Source: an uncultured Bacteroidia bacterium
GTDB taxonomy: Bacteria > Bacteroidota > Bacteroidia > J057 > CALDDN01
NCBI GenBank assembly: GCA_937936615.1
Contig: CALDDN010000007.1
Span: 4,029-68,028 of the forward strand
Length of the DNA stretch: 64,000 nucleotides
Reading direction: 5' to 3'
Below, in pieces: positions 27,001-33,967 of this stretch. The position numbers were made by a program, and so were the translations under genes. Each line of letters opens with the position of its first letter. The first letter of the stretch is position 1. A model generated the notes under the pieces. It was not told the DNA's origin, did no database searches, and was given only the letters and a program-made list of their open reading frames with translations.

Positions 27001-30000
27001 CGCGGGTGGACACGATGGCCGTATCGAGGTTCGGGTAACGGGCGGGACGCCTCCCTACACCTGGCACTGGAGCCGTACGACAGGTAACGGGCCGGTGCTG
27101 GCCGATGCCCGAGCCGGAGCGGTGCAGCTGGTGGTGATCGACGCATCAGGCTGCCGCACGACAGCAAGCTGGCTGCTGCGTGATCCGGTTCCGTTGCGAG
27201 GGCAAGTACACCTGCTCCGTCGGCCCGCCTGTGTGGGGCAAGCCGATGGAGCAGTCGAGCTATCGGCCACCGGCGGTACGCCTCCGTACATCTACCGTTG
27301 GTTCGACGGGAGCCAGCAGGCTCGCCGCGACGACTTGGGTGCAGGCCTGCATGCCGTGACGGTCAGCGATGCGCGAGGCTGTGAGCGGTCGCTGGCTTTC
27401 GAATTGCAGGCTCCCGAATCGCTACGCATTGTGCAGCAGCAGCTTACGCCGGTGCGTTGTGGAGGCGAGTCATCGGGAAGCATCTCGCTGTATGTAGCAG
27501 GCGGGACGCCTGCCTATTCGTTTGCCTGGAGTAACGGCGGATCGACCGAAGACCTACTCGACCTGGCTGCGGGCAGCTACAGCCTGACCGTAATCGATGC
27601 ACGGGGCTGCCGCCTGGAACGTACGTTCACCATTTCGGAACCTGCCCCGCTGCTAGTTGAGGCGCAGGGATCGCCGACGCGATGCTGGGGCGGATACGAT
27701 GGAAAGGCTTTCGTTCAGGCGACAGGAGGTACGCCGCCTTACACTTTCCACTGGTCAAACAGTCGTAACGAAGCCTTAATCGAAGGACTGGCTGCGGGTT
27801 CCTACGAGGTAGCCGTAACCGACGGAGCAGGCTGCCAAGCGTTTGCCTCGGTACAAGTCGAAAGCCCGCCACCGCTGCAAACCTTTGTGGCGTTCTGGTC
27901 GCCCCCCACCTGCACGCGGGCGGGTCGTCTGGAACTGCTGACGCTGGGGGGTACGCCGCCCTATCTCTACCAGTGGTCGAATGGCAATCCATATTCTGTT
28001 ATAGAGACAGAATTTAAGCAAACGTACTCGGTCACGGTAACCGATGCAAATGGATGCAGCCTGGAAGCGAGCTACACGGAACGCGAACGGCCCGTGCCAG
28101 TTATCGAAGTGCTGGAGCTGGTGCAGCCCAGTTGTGGAGCTGCCGACGGACGAATTTTTCTGACTTCGCCCGGATTTTCAGCTTTCCACAGCTGGCAGTG
28201 GAGCGATGGGCCAACGACTCAGCTACGGATGAACCTGGGCACGGGCTTCTACACGGTTACGCTGACCGACGGACAGGGTTGCACGGCGGTGCGAACATTC
28301 GAGCTGCAGGGCGGTGCGCCACCAGAAGTTCGTTCGGTACGGATCACCATGCCCCGCTGTGCGGGCGAATCCAACGGCACGATTGCGGTGGAGACGGCAT
28401 CGCCAGCCGACCGTTTCCGGTGGATGCTCAACGGCCAGCTGGTGGGCGAGGGGCCGAGGCTGACGGGACTGCCGGCAGGTTTTTACCGCCTTTGGATTAC
28501 GAATGCAGCGGGCTGCACAACGGAACGGGCCTGGTGGCTGCCTGACCCCCGACCCCTCACCGCTACGGCACGGGTACTCAATCCTGTTTCCTGTGGCGGT
28601 ACGGCCGATGGCGCGGTACAGGTACTGGTCTCGGGCGGCACCTTGCCTTATCGCTACAGCTGGTCGACGGGCGCAGAAACGGCAGAGATTTTCCGCTTGA
28701 GGAGTGGTACCTATACCGCGTGGGTACGTGATGCGAACGGCTGTCCAGCTTCCTCCTCTGTCGACCTGCTGGAACCACACCCGCTCAGGGTGTCCTGGCG
28801 CGAACAACGCATCGAAGGCTGCGGCCCCAGGGCCCGAGGAGTACTCGAAGTGGCGGCCAGTGGCGGCCAGCCCCCCTACACGGTCAAGTGGTCGGACGGA
28901 GGTGCAGGCCTGCGGCGCGACCAACTGCCGTCCGGCACCTACAGCCTTACTCTGACCGATGCGCTGGGCTGCCAGACCACGCTCGGTCCGGTGGCCTTGG
29001 CAGCACCGAGCAGAGGCCCGAAAGCTGAACTCCTTGAAGCAGTACCGCCCCGCTGCCGCACAGGTAACGATGGCCGCATTTCGGTACGGGCAGTGGGGGG
29101 TACGCCCGCCTATACTTTCGCCTGGTCGACGGGGGCAACCACCTCGGCGATCAACAACCTGGAAATAGGCATCTATACGCTGACCCTGACCGATGCGCGG
29201 GGATGCGCCGATACCTTCCGGCTGGTGCTGGCAGGCGGGCCGGAGCTGACAGCAGACCTGCTGGAACGGGTCGAACCCCGCTGCGCGGGCGAAGCCACCG
29301 GACGGTTACGGGTCGCGGCCCGGGGCGGCATCGGTCCCTACGCCTACCGCTGGACCACGGGGGCAACCGAGCCGCAGCTTACGGGACTAGCCGCCGGCAG
29401 CTACCGTCTCGAAGTGCGGGATGCGGCAGGCTGTGTGCTGATGAAAGACTACCTGCTTGGGGAACCGCCACCCCTCAATCTGACCGCCCAGCCGACCAGC
29501 CCCACCTGTGCAAGCTGCACCAATGGCCGCATCCAGCTGAGGGCATCGGGCGGTTCAGGAGGTTACACCTTCAAGCTCGGCAGTACCAGCAATTCGTCGG
29601 GACTGTTTACCGGATTGGGAACTGGTTCGTATACCACGCAGGTAGTCGATGGACCGGGCTGCGAGCGAAGTCTCACGGTCGCCTTGACTGCGGCATCGAC
29701 CTGCGGCGCACCGAGTGGCGTGGTGCTGCGCCCCATAAACCCATCGAGTCTGCAGGCCGAGTGGCCGGCAGTACCCGGTGCGACGGGATACCAGCTGGCG
29801 TGGCAAAAACATGCAGCAAGCAGCTGGGTTATCATCAGTCTGCCTGCATCGGCGACGCAGCTTTTCCTCACGGGCCTGCTGCCCAACACACTCTATCTGG
29901 TACGGGTTCGGACCCGATGCGGTGAGGATGTGTCCCCCTGGAGCATGACGGCCAGCGCACGAACGCTGGCACCGCGAGACAGGGTGACTGAAACCATGGT

Positions 30001-30244
30001 ATCGAACTCGATTTCGGTTTACCCCAATCCGTCGACGGGTACGTTCCGGGTCGAAGGCCTCGAGGTCGGGGGCTGGCAGGTGGAATTATTCAACCTGACA
30101 GGCGAGAGGGTACCGGTGCAGGTATCGGCGGCAGAGAACGGTCTGCAGGTGGAAGTACCGGAAGCTGCGGCAGGGGTATACCGTCTGCAGCTGACCGATC
30201 CCGAAGGCCGGACTATTCAACGGGCCGTAATACTGACGCGGTGA
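21017..30244 (+). CDS. giant (3075 aa) SprB-repeat surface adhesin, T9SS cargo
   Basis: A single uninterrupted ORF. It has a signal peptide and an N-terminal domain of about 320 aa. Then come 16 Cys-framed modules of about 85-95 aa centred on W(E/Q)xS and 15 SprB-type repeats (C.G...G.I......GG.PPY.Y.WS.G.....L.AG.Y...V.DA.GC). An FN3-like domain and a T9SS C-terminal domain complete it. Confidence 0.9.
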   Translation: MIYSRVTNFLVLVLMGLFLGGVPIGMIALAQEPGTSSYGSHIIPLKGDAAHIHTSDNSFSNSYSGNACGLNYTMASAVLQQRYVTLRGVNQPADLPISNLPCADNLRIERAFLYWTVETNQLFGQTVRLTNPQGNEQTFPASEIGQASPGKCWGCNYTRTFRADVTSHITGNGTYRVQGLPVGVTCDANGGDTDGVLLLIVFRDLSATWQGHLRIFDGIMVRNNGSAQQNITGLSFCAPPTNARGFVGVADLQLNTQPVWTATINGQTHGLNARFFNIEERPVTLNQTQTSSEFGMHTAADCYAFFMAGLYWQTTGCQTCGQQSNFTVTGGASVCAGDASGPTLSFSGPANRIDTWEASTNSGASWTPLNVSTASYLPPVPAVTTWYRVRLTAAACPASFTNHTVITVTSPPEAGTLNGGGPACGNQAPPPLTLSGHTGTLSRWEVSTDCPAFTTFTTVAAAGPSWQPPPATAARCVRARITSGNCPAVTSGVVNLPWESDGPSGTLTGPTTVCSDARDIRLTLTNSSLTVLRWEFSANCPAFSSPQTIAHTQAVLDLPTPPPTTRCYRVIQAGAICAERASSVLTLSVEPASISGNLTGPSTTCPGNALTPLSLSGHQGNVVRWEESEDCFTSTVLTVLNLTSTSYTPPPLSRDRCWRVIVQRGNCPPVVTLPHRIEVVNSQLGGVLTPAQSSLCQGQGAPLLTLQGVSGTILRWERSTDSGQTWTSFAHTQHTYQPPNLNQTTWYRAISTGITCPELRSEEARIQVNPASVGGELQADRRICQGQTSGLLSLIGQQGEVVRWEQSTNGGQTWTPLALTLTSWTSGNLMADIRYRVVVQSGACPPATSTEARITVDEPTLGGEVSPDRTVCPNANSGLLTLNRHRGTVLYWERRVSPAANWTSFAHTQATYEYQNLGQTTEYRAIVANGTCDTLASTSARITVLNPPVPGQLGPAQTLCPGQPVQILNLTGHVGQIVRWETSIDGGQTWQSVNHTGMSWLPPQPSQTTRYRVALRTGQCPESYSPQTEVRTDGQRPNGRLGGTLAVCRGQNSGTLTLTNFQGTVIHWERSSDGGQSWTTLSQNATTLAYLNLVTETRYRVLLAFPPCPNEYSDTLVVRMLEPVSGGSVSGPARWCTTQGSPILTLSGHTGQVLHWEEAPDCQFAPPQTLSHSGATLNPTPAGNRRCYRAAIQGASSCPLVYSQPHAIDYDSPSPAGQISPDQSVCQGSEAVPITVLGINGQILFWEKSTDQFSSDITLLNHTQNSLSPDAQNPACYRAVHRTGICPPQRSPASCVSILPAPPSGAVTGADTICVGTSGLVLRLEGQQGQVIDWQASSDGFTNDIQTVLAGSSTTYTTGPILRRTCFRARVQAEGCAPLPSEAACITVDDSTQGGSVEGAGRWCLESQPQTLTLTGSRGSVLFWEQAADFSQNSTITFSHTDSFFNTKKENTTYCYRAWVQNGRCPSRPSAAACVIVDAASRAGSLSGPAEFCQSELPLTWHIAGHTGMVIYWERRPAIGPPLPLPPSGDSLRLPAFEVGSCLRAWVQQGSCPPEATDWFCPTVHQPPLAGTIIGPGEVCRGEVPQLRLVGFAGNILRWESSTDNFQQQILTLAGGTERPGVSMPLSRTCYRAAVGRGTCTDVLSLPLCVEVRQPPAVGTIAGAGMVCKGANSGALRLIDPAGLPLFWQISEDSLFGQFQTAGSGQLMLIYQNLTRNTWYRAVFAGDAVCPLFYTPAVQIAVVEPSINAELTPVRCAGEGNARIVANPSGGLPATSEPPYRIDWVPQPPRLSPDAYTGSELPPGIWCLHLTDGLGCRADTCIAVVDPPIFSVFINENANLSCFESQNGVIEIGTQGGVLPYRFTWPDGDGPARRNDLAAGSYSPTVTDANGCPRVAGPVVLTQPSPIVVNLSYIEPVRCAGRAEGAIGIHVSGGAWGFRYRWSNGATTEDVAGLRAGLHVLTITDQTGCVRIDSFIVPEPPPLQIETLLIREPTCAGGHDGRIEVRVTGGTPPYTWHWSRTTGNGPVLADARAGAVQLVVIDASGCRTTASWLLRDPVPLRGQVHLLRRPACVGQADGAVELSATGGTPPYIYRWFDGSQQARRDDLGAGLHAVTVSDARGCERSLAFELQAPESLRIVQQQLTPVRCGGESSGSISLYVAGGTPAYSFAWSNGGSTEDLLDLAAGSYSLTVIDARGCRLERTFTISEPAPLLVEAQGSPTRCWGGYDGKAFVQATGGTPPYTFHWSNSRNEALIEGLAAGSYEVAVTDGAGCQAFASVQVESPPPLQTFVAFWSPPTCTRAGRLELLTLGGTPPYLYQWSNGNPYSVIETEFKQTYSVTVTDANGCSLEASYTERERPVPVIEVLELVQPSCGAADGRIFLTSPGFSAFHSWQWSDGPTTQLRMNLGTGFYTVTLTDGQGCTAVRTFELQGGAPPEVRSVRITMPRCAGESNGTIAVETASPADRFRWMLNGQLVGEGPRLTGLPAGFYRLWITNAAGCTTERAWWLPDPRPLTATARVLNPVSCGGTADGAVQVLVSGGTLPYRYSWSTGAETAEIFRLRSGTYTAWVRDANGCPASSSVDLLEPHPLRVSWREQRIEGCGPRARGVLEVAASGGQPPYTVKWSDGGAGLRRDQLPSGTYSLTLTDALGCQTTLGPVALAAPSRGPKAELLEAVPPRCRTGNDGRISVRAVGGTPAYTFAWSTGATTSAINNLEIGIYTLTLTDARGCADTFRLVLAGGPELTADLLERVEPRCAGEATGRLRVAARGGIGPYAYRWTTGATEPQLTGLAAGSYRLEVRDAAGCVLMKDYLLGEPPPLNLTAQPTSPTCASCTNGRIQLRASGGSGGYTFKLGSTSNSSGLFTGLGTGSYTTQVVDGPGCERSLTVALTAASTCGAPSGVVLRPINPSSLQAEWPAVPGATGYQLAWQKHAASSWVIISLPASATQLFLTGLLPNTLYLVRVRTRCGEDVSPWSMTASARTLAPRDRVTETMVSNSISVYPNPSTGTFRVEGLEVGGWQVELFNLTGERVPVQVSAAENGLQVEVPEAAAGVYRLQLTDPEGRTIQRAVILTR
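21992..26245 (+). repeat. array of 16 divergent protein-coding repeat modules (W-E-x-S type, Ig-like suspected)
   Basis: The consensus, read from the translation, is GG.L.....C.G......L.L.G..G.V..WE.S.DGGQ.W........Y.P..L..TT.YR..V..G.CP...S....I.V. The anchor tetrapeptides are WEAS, WEVS, WEFS, WEES, WERS, WEQS, WERR, WETS, WERS, WEEA, WEKS, WQAS, WEQA, WERR, WESS and WQIS. Confidence 0.7.
26246..29697 (+). repeat. array of 15 SprB-type repeats (coding)
   Basis: Units of about 75 aa recur, for example CAGGHDGRIEVRVTGGTPPYTWHW... and CGGESSGSISLYVAGGTPAYSFAWSNGGSTEDLLDLAAGSYSLTVIDARGC. The copies are divergent at the DNA level. Confidence 0.75.
30011..30241 (+). other. T9SS (Por) C-terminal sorting domain of the giant adhesin
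   Basis: ISVYPNPSTGTFRVEGL...VELFNLTGERV...AGVYRLQLTDPEGRTIQRAVILTR is the typical YPNP...G.Y...beta-sandwich tail. Confidence 0.7.
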
Positions 30245-30452
30245 GGATTCGCATAGCGAATTCAGGCTCTGGAGTCTTTCTTTCTATCTGGAAAGAGAGG
30301 CACTTGGCCTAGCAGTAAATTTCAATTGAGTTCAGGAAGCCTGATACTTTGGGGGAAGAGCCGGAAGGCGGCGGACCGAGCCGTCGAGGCACTGAACTGA
30401 GAAATTGGGCTGATCAAGCAATAGGGCTTGATTTTAAAGGCAGAGCGTGTTC

Positions 30453-30845
30453 TCAGTCCTGCACAACCACCAGATCAAACGGCAGACTAACGAAATTGCG
30501 GATATCCTCCCCGATACCGTGCATATTGGCGTCGTCGGGGTCGTAGTACCAGCGAACGTGCACAGGCCGACCGGATGCATGGAAGGATTCGAGCATCTCC
30601 AGAAATTTGATGATGATCTTGGTCGAACTGGTATTGATGTAATGGAAATAGAGTTCGATTTCGATCGAGGCCAGAGAATTATCGTTCAAACGAGCCGAAT
30701 ACCACTCGAGGATAGGCGCATAGAATTCAGGCGAGTTGGACGGATAGGAATTACCTTCGATCCGCAACTTACCCGTACTCTTGTCCAGAAAGACTTCGGG
30801 GGTATCGCGGGTGGGGACGATGTGCATCACATCCATTACCTGCAC
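30453..30845 (-). CDS. DUF1987 (SiaC-like partner-switch phosphoprotein family)
   Basis: 130 aa. PTRDTPEVFLDKSTGKLRIEGNSYPSNSPEFYAPILEWY...IEIELYFHYINTSSTKIIIKFLEML...VHVRWYYDPDD matches my memory of the DUF1987/SiaC family pattern. The start may be one of the Met codons just downstream. Confidence 0.75.
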   Translation of the reverse strand: MQVMDVMHIVPTRDTPEVFLDKSTGKLRIEGNSYPSNSPEFYAPILEWYSARLNDNSLASIEIELYFHYINTSSTKIIIKFLEMLESFHASGRPVHVRWYYDPDDANMHGIGEDIRNFVSLPFDLVVVQD

Positions 30846-30873
30846 GTTGGGCTTAGAGTAGGGTTTGAATCAG

Positions 30874-30884
30874 GCAAATATACG
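30874..30884 (-). promoter_or_regulatory. candidate -7 promoter box (CGTATATTTGC, contains TATATTTG), proximal copy
   Basis: The reverse complement of GCAAATATACG contains TAnnTTTG. It lies about 30 nt upstream of the DUF1987 start at 30845. Confidence 0.35.
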
Positions 30885-30943
30885 AACGTCTGTTCGGCAT
30901 CAGACTAGACCGTGTGAGATAGCTCGATGGTGTGTTGAGTTCC

Positions 30944-30954
30944 GCAAATATACG
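30944..30954 (-). promoter_or_regulatory. candidate -7 promoter box (CGTATATTTGC), distal copy
   Basis: This is an exact 11-nt repeat of the proximal element, placed 70 bp further upstream. Confidence 0.3.
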
Positions 30955-31034
30955 CAGGCTTTCAGGTCTGGGTTCCGAGGACGCGACCTTCGGTGGATTT
31001 CTTACCTTTGCTCAACACCCAATCGTTTTTCAGC

Positions 31035-31772
31035 ATGAATCGGCGACAATTTCTCTCACGGAGCGCGGCGGCTGTGGCGGGCCTGCTCAGCCACCAACTG
31101 CTGCCTAGCTGGCTGCGGGCGCAGCCCAACGAGCCTGCGGCCCTGGTGGTTTCGGCAACCGGTCAGATGCCACTGCCCTATGCCTACGATGCGCTGGCAC
31201 CTCAAATCGATGCCCGGACGATGGAAACGCACTACAGCAAGCACCACGCCGGCTATGTCGCGCAGCTCATCAAAGCACTGGAAAGCGACCCGCCCCGCCT
31301 CATAACACCGCTTGCCGACACGCTCACCAAGCTCAAGGAACTGCCCGAGTCGATCCGCGAAGCTGTGCGCAACCACGGCGGCGGGCACTACAACCACAGC
31401 CTGTTCTGGCACATCCTGCGGCCCGCCTCTACCGCCAAGGGGCCGTCGGAAGCATTCCGCGAGCGGCTGACGGCTGCTTTTGGTTCTTTCGAAAATTTCC
31501 AGACCCAGTTCGAGAAAGCCGCCCTCGGGCAGTTCGGCTCAGGCTGGGCTTGGCTCGTCGAAACCAAGGAAAGGAAGCTCGCCATTACAGCTACCCCCAA
31601 CCAGGACAACCCCCTGATGCCCGACGTACCGCTGGGGGGGCGTCCTTTGCTGGGAGTCGATGTCTGGGAACATGCCTACTACCTGAGCTACCACAACCGG
31701 CGGGGCGACTACCTCAAGGCCATCTGGTCACTGATTCACTGGCCGCACGTTGAAGCTCTGGCCCGCTCATGA
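31035..31772 (+). CDS. Fe/Mn-family superoxide dismutase with twin-arginine (Tat) signal peptide
   Basis: The ATG at 31035 gives MNRRQFLSRSAAAVAGLL, a Tat motif of the RRxFL type. SOD motifs are HYSKHHAGYV, NHGGGHYNHSLFW, GSGWAWLV and DVWEHAYYL. Confidence 0.9.
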   Translation: MNRRQFLSRSAAAVAGLLSHQLLPSWLRAQPNEPAALVVSATGQMPLPYAYDALAPQIDARTMETHYSKHHAGYVAQLIKALESDPPRLITPLADTLTKLKELPESIREAVRNHGGGHYNHSLFWHILRPASTAKGPSEAFRERLTAAFGSFENFQTQFEKAALGQFGSGWAWLVETKERKLAITATPNQDNPLMPDVPLGGRPLLGVDVWEHAYYLSYHNRRGDYLKAIWSLIHWPHVEALARS

Positions 31773-32347
31773 AGCATTGGCTGTTGCTGCTCCTGTGGCT
31801 GGCCGCCGGCTGCACGGCCACCGATCAGGCTCTGAAGAATGAAGTCAATATCCAGCAGGAAGACTGGAACCAGGTACGCGAACAGCTGGCCCGCCTATCG
31901 GCATGGCTCGACGAAGGGCAGGGCTGCTGCGACCGCGTGTCCCTGGCGGCGGGCCTGCCCCCGCCCGATTCGCTGCCGGAACCTCAGCCCGCGGATACCC
32001 TCCAGCTCGATGCTGACTCGCTATTCCGGGCCTACCGCAGCGTCTGCGCCGAACTGAGCCAGCTGAGCCGTCAGGCCCAGCGCATCGACGGGCAGTACCA
32101 GCGTACCCGCCAGCAGTTCAACCTTTTTTACCGCAAGGTCTTCGACAACAAGCTGCGTAGTGGGCTGGTCCAAGAACGCCTGCAGGAGTACCGCCGCCAC
32201 CTCGATGCCTTTCACGAAAGCCTCGATCTGCTGACCGAACGATTTGACGCTGCCGCTGCCCGCCACAACGTCCTCGTCGAGCAGATCGCCAACAGTGCCC
32301 CCCAGTATATGGGACTTGGCACCGAGCGCATCGAACGCCGCCACTGA
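31769..32347 (+). CDS. hypothetical coiled-coil lipoprotein
   Basis: 192 aa. MKHWLLLLLWLAAGCTATDQ carries a lipobox (LAAGC). Its ATG overlaps the SOD stop codon (ATGA). The mature part is rich in Q, R, L and E. Confidence 0.6.
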   Translation: MKHWLLLLLWLAAGCTATDQALKNEVNIQQEDWNQVREQLARLSAWLDEGQGCCDRVSLAAGLPPPDSLPEPQPADTLQLDADSLFRAYRSVCAELSQLSRQAQRIDGQYQRTRQQFNLFYRKVFDNKLRSGLVQERLQEYRRHLDAFHESLDLLTERFDAAAARHNVLVEQIANSAPQYMGLGTERIERRH

Positions 32348-32404
32348 AAACCCGCCGGCAGCCTTGTTAGCCCGTTGACCTTTGACAGGTGGAGGGGCTC
32401 CTCT

Positions 32405-33730
32405 TCACGAATGGGTCAGCCACAAGCCATTGGCAACGACCGCTCCCTGCACCCGCCCGCGCAAGGTATGGCCCAGCCAGGGGCAGTTGCGCGAACGCGA
32501 ACGCAGGTCAGCTCGTGAAACCGTCCACTGGACATCGGGATCAACGATCGTCAAGCCTGCCTGTCCGATGTCGGCTTCCAGATCAAAAACGCGTCGAGGG
32601 CCCAGGGCCAGCAGCTCAAAAAGCCGCTCGAGCTTGAGCTGGCCCGGCACCACCAGCGCATCGTGCAGGGCTGCAAACGCGCATTCGAGAGTCAGCATGC
32701 CGTACTCGGCGAAATCAAATTCCAGGTCCTTGTCTTCGGGAGCCTGAGGAAAATGCTGAACCGACAGGGCATCGAGCGTACCATCGATCAGGGCTTCGCG
32801 CAGGGCCGCCACATCCGCGGCCGAGCGCAGCGGTGGCTCAACCTTGAAGACTGTATCGAACTGAACGAGGGCCGTGTCGTCAAAAACCAGATACTGGGGA
32901 GCCGTGTCGGCCGTTACCTGCAGCCCCTGTGCTTTGGCAAAGCGAACCAGGTCGAGGCTGCCTGCCGTTGTAAGGGGCGAAAGGTGGAGTTGGCCGCCGG
33001 TATAGGCCAGCACCTGCAGGCACTGCGCCACCATGAACTCCTCGGCCAAGGCCGGCTGCTGGCGCAGGCCCAGAAAAGTCGTCGCTGCACTTTCGTTGAC
33101 AAGACCGCCGCTCGCCAGCTGCCGGTGCAGGGGCAGCTGCACCACGCGACGCCCGGTTGGCTTGAGGTATTCGAAGCTGCGCAGCAGCTGGCCCGGGTCC
33201 TGCAAGGGACTGGTACCGTCGCTGAAGGCCACCGCACCCGCTTCGATGAGGTCGAGCAGCTCGGCCATGTCGCGACCTTCGGCCCGATGCGTCAGTGCGC
33301 CCAGAAACCGAAACCGAGGCCCCAGCCCGTGGGTCCGCTCCCGCAGCGAGGTCAGAGCCGTGCTCGTGTCGAGTACCGGTTTCGTATTGGGCCAGCAAAT
33401 CAGCTCGGTAAAGCCCCCCTGCAGGGCCGACTCCGCCAGCGAACGCAGGTCGTCGCGCCACTCGTAGCCCGGATCGGTCAGCCCTACCCCCTGCCCTGCC
33501 CAGCCGACTGTAGCCCAAAGCCGACCCGATCCGTCGAGTATCAGCACGTCCGATTGCGCTTCCGGCCCGATATCGGAAGAAGGCCGCACCGCTACGTTCA
33601 ACCGATGATTGTGGTCGGTCAGCCATTCAACCGCCAGGTCGACCACCTGCCCGTGATGCACCAGATCGGCAGGATTGTAGTACCGAAAGTTGCGCAGGGT
33701 CAGGCTTCGGATGGCTGGATGATAAGGCAT
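32405..33730 (-). CDS. dihydroorotase-like amidohydrolase, probably non-catalytic (PyrC-prime type)
   Basis: 441 aa. The overall DHOase pattern is present: GGFTELICWPNTKPVLDT and AKAQGLQVTADTAPQYL. The metal-ligand positions are substituted, however: the HxH region reads GVGL, PHHL reads PQYL and DHAPH reads QHFPQ. Confidence 0.75.
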   Translation of the reverse strand: MPYHPAIRSLTLRNFRYYNPADLVHHGQVVDLAVEWLTDHNHRLNVAVRPSSDIGPEAQSDVLILDGSGRLWATVGWAGQGVGLTDPGYEWRDDLRSLAESALQGGFTELICWPNTKPVLDTSTALTSLRERTHGLGPRFRFLGALTHRAEGRDMAELLDLIEAGAVAFSDGTSPLQDPGQLLRSFEYLKPTGRRVVQLPLHRQLASGGLVNESAATTFLGLRQQPALAEEFMVAQCLQVLAYTGGQLHLSPLTTAGSLDLVRFAKAQGLQVTADTAPQYLVFDDTALVQFDTVFKVEPPLRSAADVAALREALIDGTLDALSVQHFPQAPEDKDLEFDFAEYGMLTLECAFAALHDALVVPGQLKLERLFELLALGPRRVFDLEADIGQAGLTIVDPDVQWTVSRADLRSRSRNCPWLGHTLRGRVQGAVVANGLWLTHS

Positions 33731-33967
33731 TGGCGATCAGGACTTGAATAGGCCCAACAATCAAAAAGCTTTCCTAAAATTCTTTAAACAAAAAATAAAT
33801 TAAAAAGCAAATTTTAACAATAAAAAATACTTATCCTTCGGAATGAGTCAGAAGGAGACTCCCCAGCACATCGAACCCGCAGGCCGGTAATATTGTCAGG
33901 CATGATTTTTTTCAAGTTATCTGCTTATCAAAATATAGTTCTTGGCACTAAAAACCAATCCGGTGTA

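Noticed and set aside
21992-29697. Periodic repeats that might suggest a CRISPR or satellite array.
   Set aside because: The periodicity is at the protein level, with modules of about 75-95 aa inside one intact ORF, and the DNA copies are divergent. There are no short identical direct repeats with unique spacers and no cas genes.
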